From contig CALERN010000023.1 of assembly GCA_937907575.1 (NCBI GenBank), positions 106,037-170,036 on the forward strand: 64,000 bases of DNA, written 5' to 3'. The notes below the pieces were generated by a model. It saw only the letters and a program-made list of their open reading frames with translations. It was not told the DNA's origin and made no database searches. Of the stretch, positions 1 through 9,502 are shown one piece after another. Numbering within the stretch: position 1 is the first letter of the stretch; each line of letters opens with the position of its first letter. Position numbers and translations under genes: made by a program. This stretch comes from an uncultured Porphyromonadaceae bacterium (lineage in GTDB: Bacteria > Bacteroidota > Bacteroidia > Bacteroidales > Muribaculaceae).

Positions 1-495
1 TATCCCCTTGGGACCTTTCACCGCTCGCAGGTCTGCCACGCCGTCGTGCATGTGCACTTTGATGTTGACGCCCCGATGCAGCGTGTCGAGAACCTGCTGC
101 GGCACGGCGGCTCGTACCGGGGCTGCGGGGTAGAGCAGCTGCTTGCCCAGGCCGTCGCGGCGGACATATGTGACGTTGAGGCCTGCCTGGCGCACCACGC
201 GGGACAGCACGTCGTTGGAGTTGATCAGGTTCATCTCGTTGGCCACCGCCGCAGACGACATCGACAGCATGCGCAGCGCGGCAGAGTTGGAGGCTGCCGC
301 CGCGAGAGCCGCCCCCTCGGGCGAGGAATCCTCGATGAGGAGCGTGGCGCGGGAGTTGTATGTCGGCATGCGGAATGTGCAGTATGTCGCCGCAAGGGTC
401 ATGAACACGATGAAGCAAGCGGCATATAGCCACCATCGCCTCTTCATCTCTCGCCATATACGGCGCAGGTCAATGTCATTGCTTTCTCTTTTCAT
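1..495 (-). CDS. Wzc/GumC-type polysaccharide chain-length determinant / tyrosine autokinase, N-terminal part (runs off the window)
   Basis: Not in the ORF track. Manual translation from ATG at 495 gives MKRESNDIDLRRIWREMKRRWWLYAACFIVF...PTYNSRATLLIED...VANEMNLINSNDVLSRVV, a typical Wzz/Wzc N-terminus. Lies downstream of wza and wzy-like genes. Confidence 0.85.
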   Translation of the reverse strand, partial: MKRESNDIDLRRIWREMKRRWWLYAACFIVFMTLAATYCTFRMPTYNSRATLLIEDSSPEGAALAAAASNSAALRMLSMSSAAVANEMNLINSNDVLSRVVRQAGLNVTYVRRDGLGKQLLYPAAPVRAAVPQQVLDTLHRGVNIKVHMHDGVADLRAVKGPKGI

Positions 496-504
496 ATATC
501 GTTG

Positions 505-1785
505 TTATCTTATTCTTTTGGGAAGAACCGGCGGTTTCGCCGCTGCATCGGGGACGGCCTTCTGGCGGCGTGCGGCAATGAGGCGTTTGCCGGTTATGCA
601 GGCCAGCCCGAGAAGCATCATCATGCACTCGCCGTGGGGCTGGAATATCAGGGTGCCGGTGGTGAGCTCTATCAGCAGCGTCGCTATCAGCGTCGCGCCT
701 ATCGCGAACAGGTATTTGTACCGTCCGTCCTCGTATTTCGTCAGTACGCGCAGGTAACGGTAGATGTGCGTCCAGAACCACACGAACAGTATGATGCCGA
801 CAATGCCGAACTGCGCCAGCGAGGCGTAGTATGCGTCGCTGATGAAATCGGGCATGCTCTCGCTCAGTCCCCACACGTGGTTGAGGCCGTAACGCTCGTA
901 CAGCGTCGAGTAGGGCGACGCAGATGCAAACGAGGCGAATGAGGCCAGCCCCGACCCGAAGAGGGGAAAGTCGATGAGCACCAGCACCATGCCGGCGTAC
1001 AGCGCAGCACGCGCAAACGAGTCCAAGTTGTTCATGTCAAACACGCCCGCGCCGCCCATGAGGAAGTAGAAGCTGAACTTCTGCCACACCGCCGCCACGA
1101 ATATCACGGCGACGACCGCCAGCCCTGCCATTGTGCCGGCGCTCATGCGGCGCAGCATGCCGGGGCGGTAGAACGCGAACAGGACGAAGGCTATGATGAA
1201 CTCGCCGTAGTATTTCGAGCGGCCGCAGGCTATGCCGGCTGCCATTATCACGAACATTATGAGCAGGGTCCGGTCGGAGAGCCGCCCCTCGCCGTCCACG
1301 GAGCAGTACGCATAGACCATTGAGGCCAGCAGGCATGTGCCGCCGTAGTAGGCGGGGTGTGAGAAGACCGCGCTCACCATAGTGTCGAGCGACACGAGCG
1401 ACACAATCGCCAACGCGCCGTAAACGAGCGACACCGCCCGCAGGATGCGCTTGTCGCCGGCTGTCAGTTCCGGGGCGACGCATAGCATCACCAGGACGGC
1501 TATGTAGGGCTTGAACTCGAGGATAAGCCCGACGATGACAGCAGCCTTGGTGTTGAAATGCACGCAGGTCATCGAGTAGACGGCATAAGCCGCCAGCGCC
1601 CCGGCGACGATTAGCAGAAGGCGGTACTTGCGCCAGTTGCGGTTGGCCACGCAGTCCACGAGGACAACGCCGAGCATCGAGTAGAGTATGACCTCGTCAA
1701 TGAACTTGACCAGCTCGAGCGAAAATATCAGCAGGCAGTAGCCGATGATGAACAGCCATACGCATATCCTGTCAACCTTCAACAT
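505..1785 (-). CDS. O-antigen ligase/polymerase (Wzy-like) polytopic membrane protein
   Basis: 426 aa with about 10 hydrophobic segments, an R..Y...DFPLFGSGLASF motif and LAQFGIVG; located in a polysaccharide export cluster. Confidence 0.7.
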   Translation of the reverse strand: MLKVDRICVWLFIIGYCLLIFSLELVKFIDEVILYSMLGVVLVDCVANRNWRKYRLLLIVAGALAAYAVYSMTCVHFNTKAAVIVGLILEFKPYIAVLVMLCVAPELTAGDKRILRAVSLVYGALAIVSLVSLDTMVSAVFSHPAYYGGTCLLASMVYAYCSVDGEGRLSDRTLLIMFVIMAAGIACGRSKYYGEFIIAFVLFAFYRPGMLRRMSAGTMAGLAVVAVIFVAAVWQKFSFYFLMGGAGVFDMNNLDSFARAALYAGMVLVLIDFPLFGSGLASFASFASASPYSTLYERYGLNHVWGLSESMPDFISDAYYASLAQFGIVGIILFVWFWTHIYRYLRVLTKYEDGRYKYLFAIGATLIATLLIELTTGTLIFQPHGECMMMLLGLACITGKRLIAARRQKAVPDAAAKPPVLPKRIR

Positions 1786-1821
1786 CTCCTCTGTGCCGCT
1801 GCTCGTTTGCTGTGTGGTCGG

Positions 1822-2646
1822 TTATTTGACGGACAGGGCTATGACAAGCGAGGCTATCACAGACAGGCCGCTGATGACGGTGCTGATGACGCTCAGTTTG
1901 TAGCCGTTGTTCTGGTTGTACTTGCTGTTGTCCTGGCGTATGTCGTTGGGCGACACGTACACCACGTCGTTCTGCTGCAGGTAGTAGTAGGGCGACGAGG
2001 TGAGGCTGGAGTCGTGCAGGTTCACCTTGCCGTACAGTATCTCGCCGCCGGGCGTCTCGCGCATCACTATGACGTTGTCGCGGCGGCCGTATTCCGTCAG
2101 GTCCTCGCAGGCGGCGAGAGCCTCGAGCAGCGTGAGCCGCTCGCCCTGAGGGGTGACGACCTGCGGCTTCTTGACCTCGCCTATCACATTGACGCGGAAA
2201 TTCATCAGCCGCACCTTCACGACCGGGTCCTTGACGGTCTTGCTGATGCGCTCCTGCAGGTAGTCCTTGAGCTGCGCGGTGGTCATGCCGGCGACGTGGA
2301 TGCTGCCGAATGTCGGGAAATCGATGTTGCCCTGGGCATCCACCACGTATGTCTGCAGCTGCCGCGTGGTGGCCATTTGCGTGCTGGGCGCGGTCGCGCT
2401 GCTCCCTACGTCGGCGGCGGTCAGGTTGAAGTGCGCGGTCGCTGCCGGCACTTCCGAACTCACAGTTATCGAAATCTCGTCATCCTTCTGGAGCGTCAGC
2501 TCGCTGCGGGCAGCCTGGAGCTTGCCGGCCTCGGACGTTGAGAGGTCCTCGAAATATGCCAGATCGCGCTGTGTGCGGCAGGACGCAGTCAGCATCATTG
2601 CCGCCACCATTATCATCAGAAGGCGTACCTTGCTCGTATTCTTCAT
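1822..2646 (-). CDS. Polysaccharide export outer-membrane lipoprotein (Wza/Poly_export + SLBB)
   Basis: Lipobox LTASC; YVVDAQGNIDFPTFG, VNVIGEVKKP, LTLLEALA and YYLQQNDVVYV motifs. Confidence 0.93.
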   Translation of the reverse strand: MKNTSKVRLLMIMVAAMMLTASCRTQRDLAYFEDLSTSEAGKLQAARSELTLQKDDEISITVSSEVPAATAHFNLTAADVGSSATAPSTQMATTRQLQTYVVDAQGNIDFPTFGSIHVAGMTTAQLKDYLQERISKTVKDPVVKVRLMNFRVNVIGEVKKPQVVTPQGERLTLLEALAACEDLTEYGRRDNVIVMRETPGGEILYGKVNLHDSSLTSSPYYYLQQNDVVYVSPNDIRQDNSKYNQNNGYKLSVISTVISGLSVIASLVIALSVK

Positions 2647-2745
2647 GTTCCGTATCAGTCACAGCCTCGCATGGCGGCGCAAGGCTTGGGGGTTGTATGT
2701 GTTATCGGTTTATTAACGTATTTGCGTGTGTTTTATTGTGGAGAC

Positions 2746-4383
2746 CTACGGGTCAACCCACCGGCCGTCGGCGCGTATGATGTCTGTCAGCTGCCGCAGC
2801 GCGTCTGCTGCGGGTATGTTTTTCACCAGCAGCTCCTTGCCGCGGTATATGCTCACACGCCCCGGGCCGGCGCCCACGTAGCCGTAGTCAGCGTCTGCCA
2901 TTTCCCCGGGGCCGTTGACGATGCACCCCATAACCCCTATCTTCAGCCCCTTGAGGTGGGCTGTGGCGCAGCGCACCTGCGCCAGTGTCTGAGGCAGGTC
3001 AAACAGGGTGCGGCCGCAGCTGGGGCAGGCTATGTATTCCGTCTTGCTGAAGCGCAGCCGCGAGGCTTGCAGTATGCCCAGTGACAGGCGGTTGACATCC
3101 TCTCGCTCCATGCAGGCGACCTCCAGGGCGATGCCCGAGCCGTAGCCGTTCAGCAGCAACGCTCCCAGGTCGGCAGCTGCCTCTATGGCCATCTCGTCGG
3201 CAGAGCCGCCGCAGTACCTGCGCCGCAGTATCACCGGGTTCTTGCCCCCCGAAGCCGCGAAGCGGTCTATCCACGAGGACATCTCGCCGACAGGGTTGAC
3301 GTGGCTTGACGACAGCACCACAGGGAGCGTGTCGCCGTACCGGGGCATTCCGTCTGACGCATCTGCCGTATGCCACTGCGCGGGGACTTCGGCGATGTCT
3401 ACGCCGACGGCAAGCGGCGAGCCGAGATGCTCAAAACCTGCCACCGGGGCGGAATGGCTGCGGGCAGTGCCGGGAAGCACCGTTTCAGGCTCAACAATCG
3501 GCGCATGACCCTCGCGGCGGCATATATAGTCGCGCAGGTGGCGAGCCACGGGCAGCTCGTTCTCGGGAGGCTCGCTCAATGACACACGGATAGTGTCGCC
3601 TGTCCCCTCTGTGAGCAGCGTGCCTATGCCCACGGCGCTCTTGACACGGCCGTCCTCGCCGTCGCCGGCTTCCGTCACGCCCAGGTGCAGCGGATAGTGC
3701 ATATCCTCGCTGTCCATTGCGGCGACAAGACAACGCACTGTCTCCGTCATCACGGCGGTATTGGAGGCCTTGACAGACAAGACGACGTCGTCGAAATGCT
3801 CGTCACGGCACACGCGCAGGAACTCCATGGCAGATTCCGCCATGCCGGGGGCGGTGTCGCCGTATCGGCTCATGATGCGGTCTGACAGCGAGCCGTGGTT
3901 CACGCCGAGGCGCAGCGCAGTGCCGTGGGGGCGGCAGATGTCGAGCAACGGCAGCAACGCGGCGCGTATGCGCTCCTGCTCGGCGGCATACTCCTCATCG
4001 GTATACTCAAGCTTGCGGAACGTGCGGGCGGCATCGACAAAGTTGCCGGGGTTGATGCGCACCTTCTCGCAGCACGCCGCCGCACGGTAAGCCGCCTTCG
4101 GGTTGAAATGCACGTCAGCCACCAGCGGCACGTCCACGCCGAGGCTGCGCACGCGGTCGCGTATGGCAGCCATGTTGGCAGCCTCGCGCTCCCCCTGCGT
4201 TGTCAGCCGCACTATCTCGCCGCCGGCAGCGGCAATGGCGCACACCTGGCGTGCGCTCGCCTCCGTGTCGAGGGTCGAGGTGTTGGTCATGGACTGCAGG
4301 CGGATCGGGTTGCCGGCGCCTATGCCGACATTGCCGGCACGCACCTCTGTGGTCTTGCGCCTTGTGTAGTTGTATCTGCTCAT
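2746..4383 (-). CDS. ispG: (E)-4-hydroxy-3-methylbut-2-enyl-diphosphate synthase
   Basis: IRLQSMTNT, PLVADVHF, RINPGN, PLHLGVTEAG, CPSCGR and VMGCIVNGPGE motifs. Start placed at MSRYNY. Confidence 0.97.
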   Translation of the reverse strand: MSRYNYTRRKTTEVRAGNVGIGAGNPIRLQSMTNTSTLDTEASARQVCAIAAAGGEIVRLTTQGEREAANMAAIRDRVRSLGVDVPLVADVHFNPKAAYRAAACCEKVRINPGNFVDAARTFRKLEYTDEEYAAEQERIRAALLPLLDICRPHGTALRLGVNHGSLSDRIMSRYGDTAPGMAESAMEFLRVCRDEHFDDVVLSVKASNTAVMTETVRCLVAAMDSEDMHYPLHLGVTEAGDGEDGRVKSAVGIGTLLTEGTGDTIRVSLSEPPENELPVARHLRDYICRREGHAPIVEPETVLPGTARSHSAPVAGFEHLGSPLAVGVDIAEVPAQWHTADASDGMPRYGDTLPVVLSSSHVNPVGEMSSWIDRFAASGGKNPVILRRRYCGGSADEMAIEAAADLGALLLNGYGSGIALEVACMEREDVNRLSLGILQASRLRFSKTEYIACPSCGRTLFDLPQTLAQVRCATAHLKGLKIGVMGCIVNGPGEMADADYGYVGAGPGRVSIYRGKELLVKNIPAADALRQLTDIIRADGRWVDP

Positions 4384-4424
4384 CAGCTGTGGATTGTCAT
4401 GAAACTGTCTGTGTGTGGGGTCAC

Positions 4425-4449
4425 GTAGGGACACGGCGTGCCGTGTCCG
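4425..4449 (+). repeat. REP-like palindrome, singlet (GTAG-G-GACACGGC GT GCCGTGTCC-G)
   Basis: GTAGGGACACGGCGTGCCGTGTCCG, identical to 41005-41029; intergenic between purE and ispG. Confidence 0.85.
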
Positions 4450-4487
4450 CCCGAAATGCTGGAGTAACGTCTATTCGGGTGTCTCCG

Positions 4488-4994
4488 TCAGTTGGTCTTA
4501 TACTTGTATTCCAGCTTGCACAGCTCGGCGTTGGCCTTGACTATCTTCTGGCTGAGAGCGGCCTTGTACTCCTCCACCTTGCGGTCTATCTCGGCATCGC
4601 CGACAGCGAGTATCTGCGCAGCGAGTATAGCCGCGTTGAGCGCGCCGTTCACGCCGACAGTCGCCACAGGTATTCCCGGAGGCATCTGCACTATCGCCAG
4701 CAGCGAGTCCAGACCGTCAAACGACGACCGTATAGGCACGCCGATGACCGGCAGCGTGGTGAGGGCAGCTATCACGCCTCCCAGGTGTGCAGCCATGCCC
4801 GCGCCGGCGATTATGACCTTGATGCCGCGAGCCTTCGCCCCCTCGGCAAACTCCTCCACCTCATGGGGAGTGCGGTGAGCCGACAGCGCCAGCACCTCAA
4901 AGGGGATGCCGGTCTGGTCGAAAAATTGGCATGCTTTCTCCATTACAGGCAGGTCTGACGTGCTGCCCATTATTATGCTTACCAGCGGTTTCAT
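4488..4994 (-). CDS. purE: N5-carboxyaminoimidazole ribonucleotide mutase
   Basis: IIMGSTSD, SAHRTP, AGAGMAAHL, PVIGVP and QMPPGIPVATV motifs. Confidence 0.98.
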   Translation of the reverse strand: MKPLVSIIMGSTSDLPVMEKACQFFDQTGIPFEVLALSAHRTPHEVEEFAEGAKARGIKVIIAGAGMAAHLGGVIAALTTLPVIGVPIRSSFDGLDSLLAIVQMPPGIPVATVGVNGALNAAILAAQILAVGDAEIDRKVEEYKAALSQKIVKANAELCKLEYKYKTN

Positions 4995-5034
4995 TCGGTT
5001 TATATGGTGTTATAGGTTTGTTGTCATCTGTATG

Positions 5035-5868
5035 TCAATACTGTATGCGCGACATCAGCCATACGCACAGGTAGCCGTTGGCAAAACCGGCAAGCACCTG
5101 CAGCAGCGTGTGGCGGCGCAGCCATATCCGCGCCCCTCCGAGCAGCCCGGTCAGCAACGCCCATGCTATCAGGCACGCCACTGCCGCGTCCGTGTCCGTG
5201 GCGTTGGCAATGCGGACAAGCACATAGAACACTCCCCCCATAGCAGCCGCGTGCGCGCTGATTTTCCAGCGGAAATTGACCGTTAAATTGATGACAGCGG
5301 TCAACGCGCCTCCGGCATAGAACATCGTCACCCACGACGGCGCGCCATGCGAGTACAGGTAATGCCCGCTCAGCGTGTAGCACATTATCACGACAAGGTA
5401 AGGCAACGCTCGCTCGCGGCGGCGGTTGAGGGCTATGTCGCTCACCAGCCCCAGCCGCTTGAGCAGGTATATCAGCAACATGGGGAGTATGCAGTTGAAC
5501 CCGAATATGACAGACGACACAGTGAAGCGCGCCAAATGCGGCGTGGTGATTGCCAGCGACGAGACAGTGAAGATTAGGATGATGGCATAGACCGGTGTCA
5601 GCAGCGGCACAAATATCCATGACAAAGCCGTCGATATGCAGTCGAGCGCCCTGTCACGGCTTGACGTCCTCGTCTCCTCCGCACTCTTCTGCAACGCAGC
5701 AAACGGCTCTGCCGGCATTTCCGGTTCGTCCGCGACAGCTTCCGCCATACTGGCTGGCATGTCCGCTTCTGCGGCAGGGGCAGCGGCCTCGTCTGCTGGT
5801 TTTGCATCAGCCCCGAGGCTCTCGCGCCACTCCTTAGGCATATACGATATATTGTCTTCCTCTCTCAT
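5035..5868 (-). CDS. PAP2-superfamily membrane protein with an acidic/Ala-rich N-terminal extension
   Basis: About 6 TM segments; RRERALPY, WKISAH and ARIWLRRHTLLQV motifs of Bacteroidetes PAP2-like proteins. Confidence 0.7.
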   Translation of the reverse strand: MREEDNISYMPKEWRESLGADAKPADEAAAPAAEADMPASMAEAVADEPEMPAEPFAALQKSAEETRTSSRDRALDCISTALSWIFVPLLTPVYAIILIFTVSSLAITTPHLARFTVSSVIFGFNCILPMLLIYLLKRLGLVSDIALNRRRERALPYLVVIMCYTLSGHYLYSHGAPSWVTMFYAGGALTAVINLTVNFRWKISAHAAAMGGVFYVLVRIANATDTDAAVACLIAWALLTGLLGGARIWLRRHTLLQVLAGFANGYLCVWLMSRIQY

Positions 5869-5909
5869 CTTATACAGGGGATTTCTCCGCGTTCATCGGT
5901 GTTTTTCGG

Positions 5910-6851
5910 TCAGCTGTGACGTGTCAGGCCGACAAAACGCGAGGGTATCGGCAGTTCAAAGTTCATGTCGCGGCGAGTGCGCGGATGCGCAAACCGCAGG
6001 GAGCGTGCGTGCAGGGCAAGGCGGTGTATCGGGCTGCGCTTTGCCCCGTACTTGCGGTCGCCCACTATCGGGTGACCGAGGTCTTTGGCATGGACGCGGA
6101 TCTGGTTCTTGCGCCCCGTGTCGAGCGAAAACTCCACAAGCGTATACCCGCCGCCGCGCTCCAGCACGCGGTAGTGAGTGGCGGCCATGCGTCCCATGCC
6201 GTTCTGTGCGCTGTACACCTCGTATGCCGACGTTTCGGCCAGGTCGCTGCGTATGTAGCCCGAATCCTGCTCCATTACGCCCTCCGTGACAGCCACATAC
6301 GTCCGCGCAAGCACCATGTTGTTCCAGTTGTGCTGCATGGCGGTCTGCGCCTCGATGCTTTTGGCAAACATCATCAGCCCCGACGTGTCACGATCCAGAC
6401 GGTGCACCACGAATATCTTGTTGTCAGGATGTTCGCTCTTGACGTATTTCTTCAGGATGTCGTATGCCGTGTCAACGTTTCTCGCAGACCCCGTGCCTAC
6501 GGACAGCAGGCCGTAGCCCTTGTTGACCACTATAATGTCCTCGTCCTCGTAGACTATCTTGAGGCGCGAGTGCGTCAGGCGAGGGAACGGGCGCGTCAGG
6601 TTCACCTCCACGATGTCTCCCGGATCAACGGCAGCGTCAAACTGCGACACTATCTGCCCTCGCAGGCGCACATGCCCGTACTTGAGCCAAGCCTTGACAT
6701 CGCCGCGTTTCGGCGTGCCGAACAGGTGCGGACGGTAGTCGCCGTCGCCCAGCACATCTATCAGGCGGCGCGGAGCGTCAGAGCCGTTAGGCAGCTGCAC
6801 AACCCTGTTCTCTGTCCGGTCCATACGGCCGTTGCCGTTTCTGCTTCTCAT
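5910..6851 (-). CDS. RluA-family pseudouridine synthase
   Basis: IVVNKGYGL, VHRLDRDTSG, TGRKNQIRVH, GHPIVGD and LALHA motifs; TACTTTTG promoter at 6873-6880. Confidence 0.95.
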   Translation of the reverse strand: MRSRNGNGRMDRTENRVVQLPNGSDAPRRLIDVLGDGDYRPHLFGTPKRGDVKAWLKYGHVRLRGQIVSQFDAAVDPGDIVEVNLTRPFPRLTHSRLKIVYEDEDIIVVNKGYGLLSVGTGSARNVDTAYDILKKYVKSEHPDNKIFVVHRLDRDTSGLMMFAKSIEAQTAMQHNWNNMVLARTYVAVTEGVMEQDSGYIRSDLAETSAYEVYSAQNGMGRMAATHYRVLERGGGYTLVEFSLDTGRKNQIRVHAKDLGHPIVGDRKYGAKRSPIHRLALHARSLRFAHPRTRRDMNFELPIPSRFVGLTRHS

Positions 6852-6885
6852 ATATCGTCGGTTATTGAACTGCAAAAGTAGCAAT

Positions 6886-8034
6886 TTATTTGCGTCCGCG
6901 CAATACCGCCCCCAGCGCCAGGGTGTCAGCGACAGCGGCAGACAGACGCTGCGAGGCGACCTCGGCGGACATGAAATCACCCGATTTCATCGAGCCGTTT
7001 ATGTCTGTCACTGCGGCGAAACCGGCCTTTTTCAGCGCATCTGCATCTTCCACTGCGCCGCAAAACAATGCGGTTGGCACGCCGTGTCTCCGGGCTGCTT
7101 TCATCACAGTATATGGCAGCTTGCCTGCAAGCGTCTGCCTGTCGCTCTTTCCCTCGCCGGTCATCACGAGGCCGCAGCCGGCAAGTTTCCCGTCAAAGCC
7201 GCACAGCCTCAGCACGCTCTCAGCGCCAGGGACTATTTCCCCGCCAGCCAACGCCGCAAAACCGCCGCCAGTTCCACCGGCAGCTCCTGTCCCTGACAAC
7301 TGAAAAACATCGGTGAAACCGCACTTTTTCATCACCTCGCCGATGTGGTTCATGCCCTCTTCGAGCAGACGCATTTCATAAGCGGAAGCCCCTTTCTGCC
7401 TTGCGAATACAGCCACAGCGCCACGCCCTCCGCAAAAGGGGTTGTCAACGTCACACAGCAGCGTCACCCGCATGCCGCGCAAGGCGGCCGTAAGAGCCGA
7501 CGTATCGATGCCGCAGGTGCGAGCCATGTCTGCGCCGCAGTAAGCGTGGGTTATCTCACCGCCGCTTTCATCGGTGAATTTCGCCCCGAGAGCCTGCAAC
7601 GCCCCCAGCCCGGCATCATTGGTGGCACTCCCTCCCAAGCCGAGGTAAATATGCCGTGCGCCTCGCCGCATGGCATCAGCTATGAGCATACCTGTGCCGA
7701 AAGAAGTCGATTTCACCGCGCTTTTTTCGGCATCAGCGAGCAATGTCAGCCCCGATGCAGCCGCGAAGTCTATGTATGCCGACTGCGTCTTGCTGTCGTA
7801 TGTGTATTCCGCTCGTATTGGACGCAACAGCGGGTCAACTGCGTCAGCCGTGACCGCCTCGCCTATTCCGTTGGCATATACAGCAGCCGACATCCCCTCG
7901 CCGCCGTCGGCAACGGCAAGGACTTCCGTCTCGGCATCCGGCATCGCAGACAGCACTCCTCGCCGCGCAGCCTCACCGGCCTGAAGCGAGGTCATGCACC
8001 CCTTGAACGAGTCAAATGCCAGCAGTATCTTCAT
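6886..8034 (-). CDS. Glycerate kinase
   Basis: AFDSFKGC, ADGGEG, GLGGSATND, GAAGG and TGEG motifs. Confidence 0.95.
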   Translation of the reverse strand: MKILLAFDSFKGCMTSLQAGEAARRGVLSAMPDAETEVLAVADGGEGMSAAVYANGIGEAVTADAVDPLLRPIRAEYTYDSKTQSAYIDFAAASGLTLLADAEKSAVKSTSFGTGMLIADAMRRGARHIYLGLGGSATNDAGLGALQALGAKFTDESGGEITHAYCGADMARTCGIDTSALTAALRGMRVTLLCDVDNPFCGGRGAVAVFARQKGASAYEMRLLEEGMNHIGEVMKKCGFTDVFQLSGTGAAGGTGGGFAALAGGEIVPGAESVLRLCGFDGKLAGCGLVMTGEGKSDRQTLAGKLPYTVMKAARRHGVPTALFCGAVEDADALKKAGFAAVTDINGSMKSGDFMSAEVASQRLSAAVADTLALGAVLRGRK

Positions 8035-9344
8035 ATCCGTTTTTCGTCAGTTATTCGCGGTTTCATCGCAGATTTGTACACCTCGCGCATGAAGAACTGA
8101 CCGAAGCGGCAGTCAATGCATCTGGCGGCATCGCAATACGCCTTGCGCAGGTGCAGCAACGCCTGCGAATGAAAAGCGTTGTCCACCTCAATACCCGACA
8201 TCTGCCACATGCGCACCACTCCGTTGCGCTCCGCCGGCAGGCCAAGCAGCAGTTCCATGGCACGCTCCGTCATCTCACGGTCGCCGCGCATGCTGCCGTA
8301 TGCGTACAGCAGCGGCACAGCCACATTGATTGTCAGCAGGTCTATGGAGGCCTTGCCCATCCGCGACGGCGTGGCGGCCTTGCTCCCGAAGGTGAAATGC
8401 TCCGCCCAGTAGCCAGACAATTCCCAGTCAAACAGCTGCTGAAGGGCGTCCAGCGAGGGGGCGTTGCAGATGTCGCGCATCAGCGAGAAGCCTCCGCCCA
8501 AAGCCTGGGCAAGCACCGCAATGCGGCGGTGCGGGAAGTTCTGCGGACGGGTGCGCGCCAGCTTCCACAGCGTGCCGCGCACAGGGCGCAGCCGGTATTT
8601 GGCGGCAAGGAAGCGGTACTCGCGGCATAGGTACTGGTAATAGTCGTCATCGTACAGCAGGTCGGGGTTCAGGAAGCCGCCAAGCCCGAACAGCATCGCC
8701 TCAATCTGCGCGGTGTTGTCGCTGTGGCGTGCAGCAAAGTTGAGCGGCAAGGCACGCCCGAGCATCTCCATGGGGTCAGCGTTCAGCCCGAAGCCCAGCC
8801 CTCGGGCAAGCATGGCGAAACACGTCTGCTGCCAGTCGTGGCCGCTCCACTCATAGATGTGCGCGACATGCCCGGCCTTGGACTGCATACGCTCCACGCC
8901 GAGAGCCTCAATCCATTCGCACCGCTGCATCTCTCCCAACTTCCCTATATAGCGGTGGCAATGCACGCTGTCCAGGCCAGCGGCAATGTCACCGTATGCC
9001 TCCTCGACATTATGGGGTACGCTGATGACAAGCTGCGGCACGAGGCTGCCGTCCGGGCGGCGCACCTCGCAGTCGTCCACAGCCACCACGTGCAGCATCA
9101 CGCTGTCGTAAGCCGCATCCTCGTCGTGGCGGTGGTGATGCCAGTCGGAGGCACGCTCATGTATCTCTACATTGCCGCGCCACGTCACGCCCTCCACCAC
9201 CATGCAGGCATTGGAGAAGTCCGGGCCGGCATCCGTGTTCAGCACGCCCGGCGAGATGATGCGCACGCGCCTGCCGTCAGCCAGGCGGCAGTCCCCGGCG
9301 TCATACAGGCTATGCCGCCACGCAAATTGATACAGTGCCTCCAC
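8031..9344 (-). CDS. DUF2851 family protein
   Basis: DAGPDF, GNVEIH, W.HH.H..D.AY and RTRPQNFPHRRIA motifs; GTG start. Confidence 0.9.
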   Translation of the reverse strand: MEALYQFAWRHSLYDAGDCRLADGRRVRIISPGVLNTDAGPDFSNACMVVEGVTWRGNVEIHERASDWHHHRHDEDAAYDSVMLHVVAVDDCEVRRPDGSLVPQLVISVPHNVEEAYGDIAAGLDSVHCHRYIGKLGEMQRCEWIEALGVERMQSKAGHVAHIYEWSGHDWQQTCFAMLARGLGFGLNADPMEMLGRALPLNFAARHSDNTAQIEAMLFGLGGFLNPDLLYDDDYYQYLCREYRFLAAKYRLRPVRGTLWKLARTRPQNFPHRRIAVLAQALGGGFSLMRDICNAPSLDALQQLFDWELSGYWAEHFTFGSKAATPSRMGKASIDLLTINVAVPLLYAYGSMRGDREMTERAMELLLGLPAERNGVVRMWQMSGIEVDNAFHSQALLHLRKAYCDAARCIDCRFGQFFMREVYKSAMKPRITDEKRI

Positions 9345-9472
9345 TCTGCAAAAGTAACAAAATATGCAAACACGCCCAAATTCCGCCCCCTCAATTCGCC
9401 GTTTAACCCGCGCATCCCGCTCCCGCCGCCTGATTTAACACTCCTCGCCGCCGCAAATCGCCCCAATGTTGC

Positions 9473-9480
9473 TAACTTTG
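9473..9480 (+). promoter_or_regulatory. Bacteroidetes -7 promoter element for the R-M operon
   Basis: TAACTTTG 22 nt upstream of the methyltransferase ATG. Confidence 0.7.
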
Positions 9481-9502
9481 CAGAAAGGACACACGACACC
9501 CC

